Origin: Octopus sinensis
Taxonomy: Eukaryota
DNA length: 64,000 bases
Assembly (NCBI RefSeq): GCF_006345805.1
Contig: NC_043001.1
Location: 28,396,001 to 28,460,000 of the forward strand
Direction of reading: 5' to 3'
Position numbers and translations under genes: made by a program. Positions 48,940 to 61,309 of the stretch are shown here, in pieces; within the stretch, counting starts at the first letter, position 1, and the number at the start of each line of letters is the position of its first letter. Under the pieces are notes generated by a model. That model searched no databases, was not told the DNA's origin, and was given only the letters and a program-made list of their open reading frames with translations.

Positions 48940-50520
48940 GAATGTTGGACAGGTGTGGGCCCTTGAAACCCAAACTGTTACAATACTGGGTCTTTTTCCG
49001 AGAGGGAGAAGACGAAATTTTTGGTACTATGCAGTGTTGGCCAATCCGGTGGCTGGTATAGCTTTGATATGGGAGCAAGACCTCCCAGGATCTTCCATAT
49101 GTATATCACTGCATACTTTTCTCGCCTTCTCCCTAGGGAGTAGAGCTTCAGTTCCTTTAGCCTCTCCTGGTTGCACATCTGTTTCACCAATTCAATCTTC
49201 TTTGTGTAGTGGCGCTGAGTGCGCAACCAGTTTGACGCTCTGCGGTGACCGCAGGTTGGAACAGGGCTCCAAATGACTGAGAAAGAAGTTCCTCCATAGA
49301 AGTAGCACGATATCCCTTTTTCTGGTTTGGAATTATCTCAGAATCCACTGAGCTACACGCCTGCACTGTGTTGCTATCCTGGTAATATGCACATAGATTG
49401 ATGCATCATTACACATGTGGGTTACCAGATCACGCACCAATTCTGACTCTGGGATTTCACTACTCTGTGTTCCTGTTCCAGTGTATTCCGACCTGTAGTC
49501 TGTTTGTGGACCGATAGCAGAGTGCTTGAAACATCTCAGCATTGATCTACATGTTATCTTCATCAGTCCACTTGTATATTGCATGCAGGTCATTTTGTAG
49601 TTTTAATATGTCATCAGGGTCCTTAATTGCCTGCAATACATTTGTATCATCAGCTTAGCTGGTGAGAGTAGCAGTCTGTATAGCTGAGGGCATGTCTGAG
49701 AGAGCCACTATAAACAGTAATCCTAGGACAGTTCCTTGAGAGACTCCGCTGCAAATTGATGTCTTCTCAGCGAGAGCATCATTGGCTGCAACTGTTTGAT
49801 TTCTACCTGTTAGAAAGTTATGTAGCCACCCTCCTAGTTTCTCAGTGAGACCAAGGTCACAAATTTTGTGACATATCATCCCATGATCAATTTGTCAAAG
49901 GCCTTGGCAAAGTCGAGATCTATTACATCTACATTTGAGCACTTGAGCTGCTGTTTCAGCACCCAGCCATAATGTTGTAGAAGCTATGTGAAGCAACTCC
50001 TCCCCGGGCGTAAACTATCCTGTGTGCTTCTGAGCAAATTATTCTCTTCCAGGAACGTGATCAGTCTCCTTCTGACAATGCATTCCATGATCTCGCTAAC
50101 ATATGAAGTCAGAGAGATATGCCTGCAACTTTGAGTATCTGCTCTGCTTCTTCCTTTGTGGACAGAGCGTATTATACCTTCTTTTAAAAGTCTGGAAATT
50201 TTACTAGATGCAAGGAAACTCTGAAAAGTATCTGCAGTGGTTTTGCGAGAACTTTCTTGCAGGAGCGGAAATACATCTGAGCTCGTTGCTGAGTTCGAGT
50301 TCATCTTATCAATGGCCGATATTACATCTTTCTTTTTTATGTCGATGTAATCGATGGTTGCTTCTTTCCTATGTAGATCTGAAGTGTTGAAAACTCTTCA
50401 GGTTTACTTATTTGCATGTTTCCCAGTGGAGAGGTGAAAACACTTTAGAATTGTTTATTTGGCACTTCACTTATCCTCTGGGATGTGCTGTTAGCGGGCC
50501 ATTTTCTTCAAACAGCGACC
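48940..50520 (-). mobile_element. Degenerate CR1/L2-group LINE (RT and C-terminal region)
   Basis: RHISLTSYVSEIME...LRPGRSC...DLDFAKAFDK...WLHNFLTGRNQTV...SGVSQGTVLG...*ADDT...ERLKELKLYSLGRRREKYAVIYIWKIL; many stops and frameshifts. Confidence 0.85.
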
Positions 50521-50542
50521 CTATCTGGTAGTACACCGAGGT

Positions 50543-50624
<82 letters not shown>

Positions 50625-52114
50625 GTGTGTGTGTAAGATAATTAAACTTATGTATGTTTATGGAATTCGTACATCAACCGAGTTGACTTCAACTCTGCTA
50701 TATATATTTATTATAAATGCTAAGTAAAAATTTTTGTCAAGTGGAAAATTTTGAGTTAGATTAGGATTTCTGAAATGGAAATCTTTATTTGCTAGTGGAA
50801 AATAAAGATGTAAATGTACGCAAACACTGCTGTTTCTCACCTAAAATGTAATATACTTGTCATCTTAAACACAACGGTTCTTTTATAATGGATAAGAAAT
50901 TATATGAACTACTCAGATAGCAGGTCAGTTTTTGTGAATATGATTATATATTTTATTTACATTTGCACGCTGACTAAAATTAACCTCGAAGGTAAATTTT
51001 ATTTTATATTTAGATTTCTATAGCGAATTAGGAATTCAATATCTTCCAGTTTATAAAACAGGATTTATTGAAAATTTAGCACTTTAAACTGGTGGTTTAT
51101 TTTCCTCCTTTAACTGATATGTTTATCATTTACACGCATAGCTTGCGGTTGCATGTCTTTTGAACTGATGAGGCATTTTTCGACAACCATTTTCTTCCGT
51201 ATCTATATCTGTAGTTTACTAGTTTTTGTGCAATTTTTTTCTTGCTAAATAAGATTTAGTGAAATTTGTGAAGAATTCAGTGAACCATTTCTTGGCTAGA
51301 AGCAAATAAATCAATTAATATTGAATATTTTAATTACATTTTGCTATTGTCATTATATGTAAATTAATTTGTCTTCGGTGTTGAAATTTGTACTCAGTTG
51401 CTGGTGCAAGATGGCTACTGGTATAATTGTAATAAATGATGTTCTGAAATTTAATCTCTAATTTATAATGTTAATTGTAATTATTTGAAGCCAGCTTCCT
51501 TTAAAAGTGAATTTTACTGTTTAACTTGGTATTAAAAAACATTTTTTGTGTTAATGATATCTGTTTCAAATTTATTCCAAATTCAATATTTCAAATTTCA
51601 TTCATTCAAATTCATATATTTCAAATTTAGTTGTTTTAAAACTATAATCCCTCTTTCCTTACAAAAATAACCCATGATGATGCGCTTAACTGAATGCAAA
51701 AGGGGGTCGAAAAGTCAAACTGTGCCAGAGAAATATATATTGTAAAATTTGATTCCAATTTCGAAGTTTGTTGGGGTCCATTTGAAATTTACAAATAGCA
51801 CCTTCGTAAGCTTTGAATTTTTTCAAGTTTTTCAAGTACTGGGTCAAGTTTGCTAAATAGTACTTTTATCCTCGATGTTTATGCTATATTGTTGCGACAG
51901 GTTTATAAATAAAAGCTTTAAAGTATCAGTTTATTCTGAGTGCGAGCTTAACCATAGTTGAAGTACGTTTCCAATTTAAGCATATATGATTAAATTTTTG
52001 CAATTTTAAATCAAGCTTCATAATGAGTAAATTTTTAGTTAAAAAATATTTCATTAGAATTAGATTTTAATTTTAATTGGAAATATAAATGTACATTAAA
52101 ATATAAAATTAACA

Positions 52115-52507
52115 TCTCTGTATATATATAACTGAAGTTGGTCTATGTATGGCAGGTTTGGCAGCCTTCAACTAAAACTATTTCCTCCGAGACCCTACGG
52201 CACAAGTTGACCAAAATTGAGAGTATGATAGAAGAAGGCTTGCTCTTCCTTCCGCAGAAGAAAAAATTCAAATCGGACCGTGTTAACACCAAAAATTATT
52301 TACATCAAAAAGGTGCTCTTTTTCTATGAACATCCCTATTTTTTACGATTTTTTTACTGCTGTGTCGCCATTTTTCGGTGTATTTCAACCAGAAAAATGT
52401 TCACTCAAAGAGAATAACAAGCTACATAATGCACAAGTTTTACTTTTCAAAAATTCCAATTCTAAAGGGTCGAAACAAACCCGAGCAACGCCGGGCGATA
52501 CTGCTAG
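52115..52507 (+). mobile_element. Complete non-autonomous Helitron (family H1)
   Basis: A|TCTCTGTATATATATAACTGAAG ... AAACCCGAGCAACGCCGGGCGATACTGCTAG|T. Confidence 0.87.
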
Positions 52508-53545
52508 TATTATATAAAATGTATTTAAACCCCATTTAGAAATGGAAAATAAATGCTCGTTAAACTCCTTTATATCAGTAATTTTAAAATTTAAATGTCA
52601 GTTAAATGACAAATAAATTTTAACTGAACTCGTTTATTATGAAATCTCTGTACAAATGGCAGTGTTACAAGTACATCTTTTTCTGTATAACTGTAGGCAG
52701 ACATAAAATTCTGTTGCCTGTTTTGGTACTGCAGTCCTTCAATAGCACCAACCATAACTGAATAACTTTTGAAAAGAAACAAAAGCAATTTGCAAGAGAA
52801 AATTCGATTGTTGAACGCTTCTACTTCTAGGGTTCATTACAACACTTAATTGACCGCTTATATGTGAACAGGATGTTGTAGAAAGCTGCTTCCGGTGTCA
52901 ATGCAAGGGTTTATAAATCAAAAATCCCTCCAAGTGGCAAGACCGGAAGGGAATGCTAAAAGTTCAATTATGAGTTCAATATACGATGGCTTGTTTCCGT
53001 GCAACTCTTTAACCTGTAACCAAATACTCTCAAAGGGGAAAGAAATTTACAAAAAGACAAAATAACATACAGAACAGAATTCAAGTGACACAAACACACA
53101 CACAGAAAGAAATAGAAAAGGGGAAGGCGAGAGAGAGATAAACAGAAGCTATGGATACAAACTGTTTAGATGGTCATAAAACAGATATGATACAGAGTAA
53201 AAACAAAGAACAAACAAGAAAAAGTTGAAGGAACGAATATTATATAAAAATAAAAGAAAAATGAGAGAAAACAAAAGGTAACCGAAATGAAATAGAAAAC
53301 GGGAGAAAATAAAATAATTCTAAGAGAAAAAAATTAAAAACATGAAAATCGATGAAAACTGACATATTCCTACTGTATAACTTATGATTGATTGGACTCA
53401 TATAATGAATAGATAAGGGAAATATGAGCGTGTTGAGGGGCAGACCATAATTAAAGGAATGAAGTTAATTGTTTGCATTTATGAAATTACTCACCGACAT
53501 ATGCTATAATATAGTCACAAAGCAAAAATGTCCCTTTTATATAAT

Positions 53546-53548
<3 letters not shown>

Positions 53549-53638
<90 letters not shown>
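53549..53638. repeat. (CT)n tract within a ~1-kb polypyrimidine region (to ~54480)
   Basis: Direct reading. Confidence 0.9.
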
Positions 53639-53640
<2 letters not shown>

Positions 53641-54006
53641 CTTACACACACAAACGTATATGTTCATACCTTTTCTTTTAATGATTTTCTGTAGTCTTGT
53701 TTTTTTTCTACATCTTTTTCATATTTCTTCTTCTCTCACCTCTCTCACTCTCTCTTTATGACTCTCACACACACTCTCTTTCTTTAGTATATACATCCAC
53801 TTTCCATTTCCCTCCTCCTCCTCCTTTCCCTCTTCGTCCTCCTCTTCCTCCTGCACACCAACTTTCTCGCTCTTTCTTTCTTGCCCCCAACTCTTTCTTC
53901 TTTAACTTCCATCCTTTCTTTCTCTTTGTCAAGCTTTCTCTGGGAGACTAAATATTCTCTCCATCTTATTTGTATTTTTCTCCTTTCCTCTCTTTTATCC
54001 CGCCAC

Positions 54007-54047
<41 letters not shown>

Positions 54048-54423
54048 CACTCTCTAACACACGCTGTTATTCAACCTTATCTCACTTTCTTTAACCCACC
54101 TCTCTCTCCCTCTTTTTATTCTTTTTCTCTCTTCTCTTCCTTATTTCTCTTGCACTTCATCTAACTTCTATCTTTTTATCTGTCTTCCTCTACCTCTGAC
54201 TCTCTCTTTCTCTACTTCTCTGTCTTTCTCTCTCTCTCTCCATCTATATATTCATCTATCAATCTCTCTCACTTTCTCTTTGCAGCTCTACTTTCCTTTA
54301 TGGAACTACTCTCTATGTTTCTCTCTACATATTTCTCACTCTCTTTCTCTCTATCCATTTATCTATCAATCTCAGAGTCTCCGTTCCTCAGCACTTTTGT
54401 CACGCAGTGCCTAATTTTCCGAT

Positions 54424-54481
<58 letters not shown>

Positions 54482-54888
54482 TATAATTTGTAACATACAT
54501 CAACATACATACATACATATATGCATCTATATGTGTGTGTGTATATGTGTATATGTTTGTGTGTATCTATAAAGTAGTCACGTAGAGAAATATATACACG
54601 AATACACGCAGAATTGCATATGCAAAGATATACTCACACACATTTACCACTACACAGATGTGTGATTCTATAATAACCTCTTGGAATTTCTAGTCAGAAC
54701 TTGCTGCGATCAGAAACACGGATTCCATAATCGATTCCCTGGTAAACACGGAACAATGTCACATTATTTAAATACATTCAACAATTATCAAAGCAAGGAC
54801 AAAGTCACGAACACATACAGAGAAAATACGTTTATAAGTAAATGAATGAAGCTTTCCTCTATGTGATTACGATGCACGTACATATACA

Positions 54889-55057
54889 TGAGGCGCAGGA
54901 GTGGTTGTGTGGTAAGTGGCTTGCTTACCAACCACATGGTTCCGGGTTCAGTCCCACTGCGTGACGCCTTGGGCAAGTGCCTTCTACTATAGCCTCGGGC
55001 TGAATAAAGCCTTGTGAGTGCATTTGGTAGACGGAAACTGAAAGAAGCCCCGTCGTA

Positions 55058-55102
<45 letters not shown>

Positions 55103-55119
55103 TATATATATAGATATGT

Positions 55120-55153
<34 letters not shown>

Positions 55154-55572
55154 ATATGTATATTATATATTATATATATATATAATATATATATAATATA
55201 TATATTATATATATATATATAAATGTATGTGTGTATATGTTTGTGTGTCTGTGTTTTGTCGCCCACATCGCTTGACAACCGATACTGGTGTGTTTACGTC
55301 TCCGTAACTTATCGGTTTGGCAAAACAGACCGATATTTGTATGTGTGTGTGTATATGTTTGTGTATCTGTGTTTGTCCCCCCAACATCGCTTGACAACCG
55401 ATGCTGTGTGTGTTTACGTCCCCGTAACTTAGCGGTTCGGCAAAAGAGACCGATAGAATATGTAGTAGGCTTACAAAGAATAAGTCCTGAGGGTCGATTT
55501 GCTCGACTAAAGGCGGTGCTCCGGCATGGTCGCAGTCAAATGACTGAAACAAGTAAAAAAGAGAGCAAAAGA
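54889..55572 (+). mobile_element. SINE-B with expanded microsatellite and duplicated internal block
   Basis: Block GTGTCTGTGTTTTGTC...CATCGCTTGACAACCGAT...CGGTT(T/C)GGCAAAA occurs twice (about 55240-55330 and 55365-55450). Confidence 0.87.
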
Positions 55573-55672
55573 GAGATATAGTGATATATATGAAGATTGA
55601 AATATATGTAATATATAAGGATATGTATTTGTGTAACTATAAACATATATGTGTGAGTGTGTGTGTATATGT

Positions 55673-55721
<49 letters not shown>

Positions 55722-55792
55722 TCTTGAATTTGATGGACATATAGAGTTACGTAAGCCGGCTCAAGAAATCTCTTGTGAGACTTTTTATTGAT

Positions 55793-55832
55793 GTACACGA
55801 AAAGACCAGGAATGGGTCGAAACGTGTTGTAC
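55793..55832 (+). ncRNA. Degenerate hammerhead-like remnant
   Basis: GTACA...GACC/AGGAATG/GGTC-GAAAC-GTGT-TGTAC: stems I and II plus GAAAC, but no CUGANGA core. Confidence 0.25.
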
Positions 55833-56090
55833 CCAATGAAGTATATTACACATGCCATCTCCTCTTATATTAATACTGTTAACCCAACCGCCACTACGAA
55901 GTTCCTTCAGTAAATCTACGGATAACAACAGGTAATTGAAACAGGTAATTATAAGTATTAACACTTATAAATATACACTTATATATAAACACAGGCTTGC
56001 ATGTGCCCACACACTAATAAGTATATTCATAAAAATATAGGAACATAAGTATATGAATATGCATTTATGTATATGTAAATATACATAAAC

Positions 56091-56171
<81 letters not shown>

Positions 56172-56237
56172 AAGATAGATAGATAGATAAATAGATAAAT
56201 AGAGAGACATGAATATTCATGTATGTATATATATATA

Positions 56238-56273
<36 letters not shown>

Positions 56274-56315
56274 ATATATATATATATATATGTATGTATA
56301 TACGTGTGTTTGTGT

Positions 56316-56560
56316 CCTTTTCTGTTTTTCATTGTTTAAGCTCTTCCTCTGAGGAAGGAGCTAGTTTTTAACAAAGATACAAAACTCCATCTTTGAAATG
56401 TAGCTAGCAAAAGCAATGTCACATTTTAAAGTCATTCATATTTTTTCTCTTCTATCCACAACACATTGTTTTTGCAATGTTGATTGGTTTCGTTTTCTAA
56501 AACCCTTAGGTTATTCAGATTGTCTCTTAGGCATTTCCTCACATAACCAAGTGCACCACT
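56316..56560 (-). mobile_element. R4-like RLE element 3' fragment (subfamily b)
   Basis: SGALGYVRKCLRDNLNNL...; its 3' UTR is similar to 57961-58090; flanks are degenerate GT/ATGT repeats. Confidence 0.68.
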
Positions 56561-56681
56561 GTATATATGTGTATGTATAGGCATGCATGGATGAATGTAT
56601 GCAATACATATATACTGTATTTCTGCGTGTGCGTGTATATATGTGTATATATGTGTGTGTATGCTTGTGTCTGCATGTATG

Positions 56682-57568
56682 CATGGTCTGATCAATAAGT
56701 ATCCGAAATGTTGTTATAATAACGAAGCTAAAGCACGAGTGATGCCGCTTGGCACAGATCGACCTTGAACTCTGCTGTGAATGCACACTATGTTTTAACG
56801 GTCTAGCTTACTTCCGCTGTTTACAGCAGTGCTTAGAAGGAAGATGTGTAGCGTGTGGTCGTTGCGTTGAACATGACAGAGAAATTTGAGTAGAGATTCT
56901 ACATCAAATTTTCTCAAAAGCTTGGCGATACCTGCTCAGAGGCCTACGCAAGGTTTTCAAAACCTTTTCATCGTTCTCGGCAGAATCAAGATCTTGTAGA
57001 ACTGAAATCCGAGTATCCTTTGGTCAGCTGAAAGCAGTTTGGGCACAAACTTGGTAAACATGCGTCTCATACCCAAATCTTCAGTGATAATGGACTGAAT
57101 TGAACCGTAACTAATCTGCACATCCTCTGATAACTTACGGATGGTGATTCGACGATTTCCCCTCACAGTTGCACGCATATCTGTAATGTTTTTCTCACTT
57201 CTGCTGGTAACAGGTCTCCCAGAACGTTCGTCAATATCGACATTTTTTGGCCATTTTGGAAACGTTTGAACCGCTTGTAAACTTGTTTGCAGCTCATACA
57301 CTCCTCTCCATGCACTTTCTGCAACATTACGTAGGCCTCTGAGCAGGTACCGCCATGACAACTTTCTCAGTCAAGGCCCATGCGACGATCACACGCTACA
57401 CACTTTCCTTCCAAGCACTTCTGTAAACAGCGGAAGTCAGCTAGAACATTAAAACTTAGTGCGCATGCACAGAAGAGTTTAAGATCAATCTGTGCCAAGC
57501 AGCTTTACTCTGCATGCTTTAGCTTCGTTACTATAGCGACAGTCCGGATAATTATTGATCAGACCTCG
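56682..57568. mobile_element. Mariner derivative made of two 5' ends head-to-head
   Basis: Left arm: TIR + 5' UTR + MTEKFE*RFYIKFSQKLGDTCSEAY (plus strand). Right arm: inverted TIR (…ATCAGACCTCG|TA) + 5' UTR + transposase N-terminus DIDERSGRP...NRRITIRKLSEDVQISYGSIQSIITEDLGMRR...KFVPKLL (minus strand). Confidence 0.85.
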
Positions 57569-57637
57569 TATAAGTATGTATATATAATACATGTATATAT
57601 GCATGTGTGTAGTATGTACGAATGTTTGTATGTATGT

Positions 57638-57950
57638 CATTATTCAGTTTTATTTCAAGATTTCTTGCCAATAGAGAAAGAGCCGGTTTCTAACCTAGGT
57701 CATTGGAATTTCAACATCAGCAGAGTATTTTTGTATGTATGTATTTATGTATACGTACAGGTTCGTATGTGTTGTTTTAGTATGTCTTCTCAAGCATATA
57801 CGTACATATCTAGACATGATCATATACACTTAAGTGATAATCTTCTTGAAATTTTCACAGATTTTTGCAGTTCCAGTGATGGCTTTGATCTATAGTCTTT
57901 GAATCATCTTTCTCCTTTCTGGTTTAAAGAAGCTTAATTTCTCAAGCTTG
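57638..57950 (-). mobile_element. R4-like RLE element 3' fragment (subfamily a) with 10-bp GTATGTATGT on both sides
   Basis: GTATGTATGT at 57628-57637 and 57951-57960; 3' junction matches the 37569 copy (ATGT|CATTATTCAGTTTTATTTCAA). Confidence 0.85.
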
Positions 57951-57960
57951 GTATGTATGT

Positions 57961-58810
57961 CTCTTCTATGTTTTTAATTATTATAAATCTTCCACTGAGG
58001 CGGTAGCCAGTTTTCAACAAGGATACAAACTCCATCTTTTGGGATGTAGTTAACACAGACAAATTCACATTTGGAACATGAGAAAAGTCTTGCATATTTT
58101 TACCGTTCCACTCACAGATTGCACTTGAATGTACGAATCAGCTGGTCGCTTTCTCTTTCTGAAATTCCCAATTTATCCAGATTCTCCTTTAAGCATTTAC
58201 TAACAAAGCCTACTGCTCCAGTTATTATTGGTATGAATATGAATTCATAGTTTTGATATAGAAGATGGAGGTTTCGAAGCAGCTGCCCATAGATATCCTC
58301 TTTTTCTTCGATTTTCAAAGAGATAGGCTGACCTCTATGATTGTACATACCTTTGCTCCTCTGTCCCAGACAACAATATCCGGCCTGTTATGTTTGCATT
58401 TGACAGAAGTTTTGATGGGAATATTCTACCAGTATTCCTTGAGTTAGTGTTTATGAATGTATTCCATAACAGAGGAATTTTCTTAGTTTATTTCAGGTCA
58501 GTCTTTTTTACGGATGGCATTGCAAATTGTTTTAGCATCAACATCATGCTGCATAGGAAGGTAGTACGACATTTTAGGACAGCTACTAATCACATGCGTG
58601 ATGTCTTCCACAGAAACATGACATAGCCTACACATGCGGTTGCACCTTGGGATTACAAGAGCGTCACTGTTTTCTTGTGCACTAGGCATTTTGTGGCAAT
58701 CACCTGTTCCTGGATTGCAAACGCATAGCCTTCAATGTGTGATGTGATATAGTGGTGTTGTGACCAAGAGAGGCTACGCTTTGTGTCAATTCTACTGTCT
58801 TCTTCAAGCT
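57961..58810 (-). mobile_element. R4-like RLE element 3' part (subfamily b) flanked by (ATGT)n
   Basis: ITSHIEGYAFAIQEQVIATK, CRLCHVSVEDITHVISSC, KCKHNRPDIVVWD...IIEVS, LLRNLHLLY...IPIITGAVGFV; ATGT repeats on both sides. Confidence 0.85.
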
Positions 58811-59215
58811 TATGTATGTATGTATGTATGTATGTATGTATGTATGTATGTATGTATGTATATGTGCGTGCGTGAAAGCGTGCATGTATGTATGTGTTTG
58901 TGCGTGCGTGCATGTATGTATGTGTTTGTGTGTGCGTGCATGTATGTATGTGTTTGTGCGTGCGTGCATATATGTATGTATGTGAATATGTGTTATGTGT
59001 GTATGTATGTGAATATGTATGTATATATGTATGTATGTATGCATGTATGTATGCATGTATGTATGTATGTATGTATGTATGTATGCATGCATGTATATAT
59101 GCATGCATGTATGTATGTACGTATGTATGTATATGTATGTATGTATGTATGTATGCATGCATGCATGCATGCATGCATGTATGTATGTATGTATGTATGT
59201 ATGTATGTATGTATG
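58811..59215. repeat. (ATGT)n complex tract
   Basis: Direct reading. Confidence 0.92.
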
Positions 59216-60035
59216 ATGTATCCAGTGCCATCTCAAGCAGATAGGTGATATAATAAACGAGACCGATTTCAATTAATTGTTATACACACAGAGCTTGTAT
59301 CATTTGTGTATTCAACAGTTTTAACATTTTCCTGCGGCTCTACCACCAATCAGCAATTTAACAGTTTCGTTATCTAACCCAACCCACATCTATCATGAAT
59401 GGGAACATAACTCCAACAATGATTCATCTTTACTATTTATGAATTAAAACTAGTTTCATCTATTACATTATTTGTTTGTGTGAGATGGCACTAAGAATAC
59501 AGTTCGATTAGTGATAGAGAGAGACTGATTATTGAACTGAATAGTTTTTCAATTGTTTGTCTGTCTTCATCTGGTTCAAAATGGAAAATGAAAAATACGC
59601 AGAAATACAAAAATTGAAAACTCGAGCTAGAATACCCTACGATCCTCTTTAGATAAAGTGCTGTCATCACATTTCGCTTTTTCATAACTGGTAGCAAGGA
59701 AAAAGAAAAACATACACACGAAGCCAAGAAAACACGAAAGAGAATTCTTAATGAAAAAGTCTTGTGTAAATGTAAGGAAATTCGGTCATTTTGTCCATTC
59801 CTCCAGGGCGTAACGTAAGTAAAATACAGCGGAGTCAGAATATTTTCTGATAATATCCTTCTAAATGATGTAAAATATTCACCAGGGTCCATCGAACTAA
59901 TGTTATTGCGCCTGACGACTCACTTACTCCCATTGAATCATTTATCTAATTTCTCTGTCGTACGACCAGCATATCTCAAGTTCTGTTTGCTGCATTCCGC
60001 TGTATACACCAAATGGGAAATCCCTACAGGTCCTA

Positions 60036-60418
60036 CCTACTCTTTTACTCTTTTACTTGTTTCAGTCATTTGACTGCGGCCATGTTGGAGCACCGCCTTT
60101 AGTCGAGCAAATCGACCCCAGGACTTATTCTATCTGTCTCTTTTGCCGAACCGCTAAGTCACAAGGACGTAAACACACCAGCATCGGTTGTCAAGCGATG
60201 TTGGGGAGACAAACACAGACACACATATATATACATATACATATATACGACGGGCTTCTTTTCAGTTTCCGTCAACCAAATCCACTCACAAGGCTTTGGT
60301 CGGCCCGAGGCTATAGCAGAAGACACTTACTTGCCTATGGTGCCACGCAGTGGGACTGAATCTGGAACCATGTGGTTGGTAAGCAAGCGACTTACCACAC
60401 ATCCACTCCTGCACCTAT
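60036..60418 (-). mobile_element. Full-length SINE-B
   Basis: Standard head and tail. Confidence 0.88.
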
Positions 60419-60624
60419 AAGTGTGTATAGATCATAACATTTCATTTGCGATAAAATTGCCTTGACTCATGTTGTTCCACGAACTTCTCTTGCGGTTGGT
60501 TTTTATGGGGACACCGTTTAGGAACTACAGTGGCGTTTTTATTCCGTTTAGTGATACTGGTTAACAGTCCTCTTATATTTTCATTGCGTCTAAAGGCTAC
60601 AATGGGTGAATGAGGTAATGCCTT

Positions 60625-60855
60625 TTACTTGTTTCACATATTAGATTGCAGCTATGTATGTCTTCTCATGCGAATCAACACCAGTAGTTTTTTTTTTTTT
60701 TTTAATCTGGTACTTTTTCTGTTGAACTCTTTTTGCTGAACAGCTAAGTTACGAGGACGTAGACAATCAAGCGGTGGTGAAGGACAAATACACACACACA
60801 CACACACTTACACACACACATACACACACACGCACGCACGCACACACACACCACA

Positions 60856-60893
<38 letters not shown>

Positions 60894-61058
60894 CACACAC
60901 AATATATATATATATTATATATATATATTATACAGACATCTTTCAGTTTCCGTCGGTTTCAGTTGGTCGGTCCTGTGCTTGCCAAGTGCCACGTGGTTCC
61001 GCCTGAATTCAGAACCATGTGGTTGCCATCCAATCGTCTTACTGCACGGCTATACCTA
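60625..61058 (-). mobile_element. Degenerate SINE-B
   Basis: Remnants CTTTTACTTGTTTCA, GCTAAGTTACGAGGACGTA, TTTCAGTTTCCGTC and GAACCATGTGGTTG in the expected order. Confidence 0.6.
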
Positions 61059-61252
61059 TATGCATGTATCTGTGTCCATGTGTGGGGGGGGGGATGAGTG
61101 TGTGTGTGTGTGTGTGTGTGTGTTTGTACATATTTATGTATGGACTGTTTTATTTTTAATCGTTTAAAATAATGACTTCTTTGATAATAATGATATAAAA
61201 TAATAACCTTAGATTTAAAAACTAACCCCCACACACACTCACGCACATATAT

Positions 61253-61291
<39 letters not shown>

Positions 61292-61309
61292 ACACTCACA
61301 TGATATATA

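Noticed and set aside
56340-56400. CTGAGGA motif suggesting a hammerhead
   Set aside because: It lies antisense to the RLE 3' UTR and has no stem II followed by GAAA.
59545-59600. Minus-strand CCAGATGAAGAC...TTGAAAAAC resembling a hammerhead core (similar weak case at 43770-43800)
   Set aside because: The core is altered and no convincing stem II or stem I can be formed.
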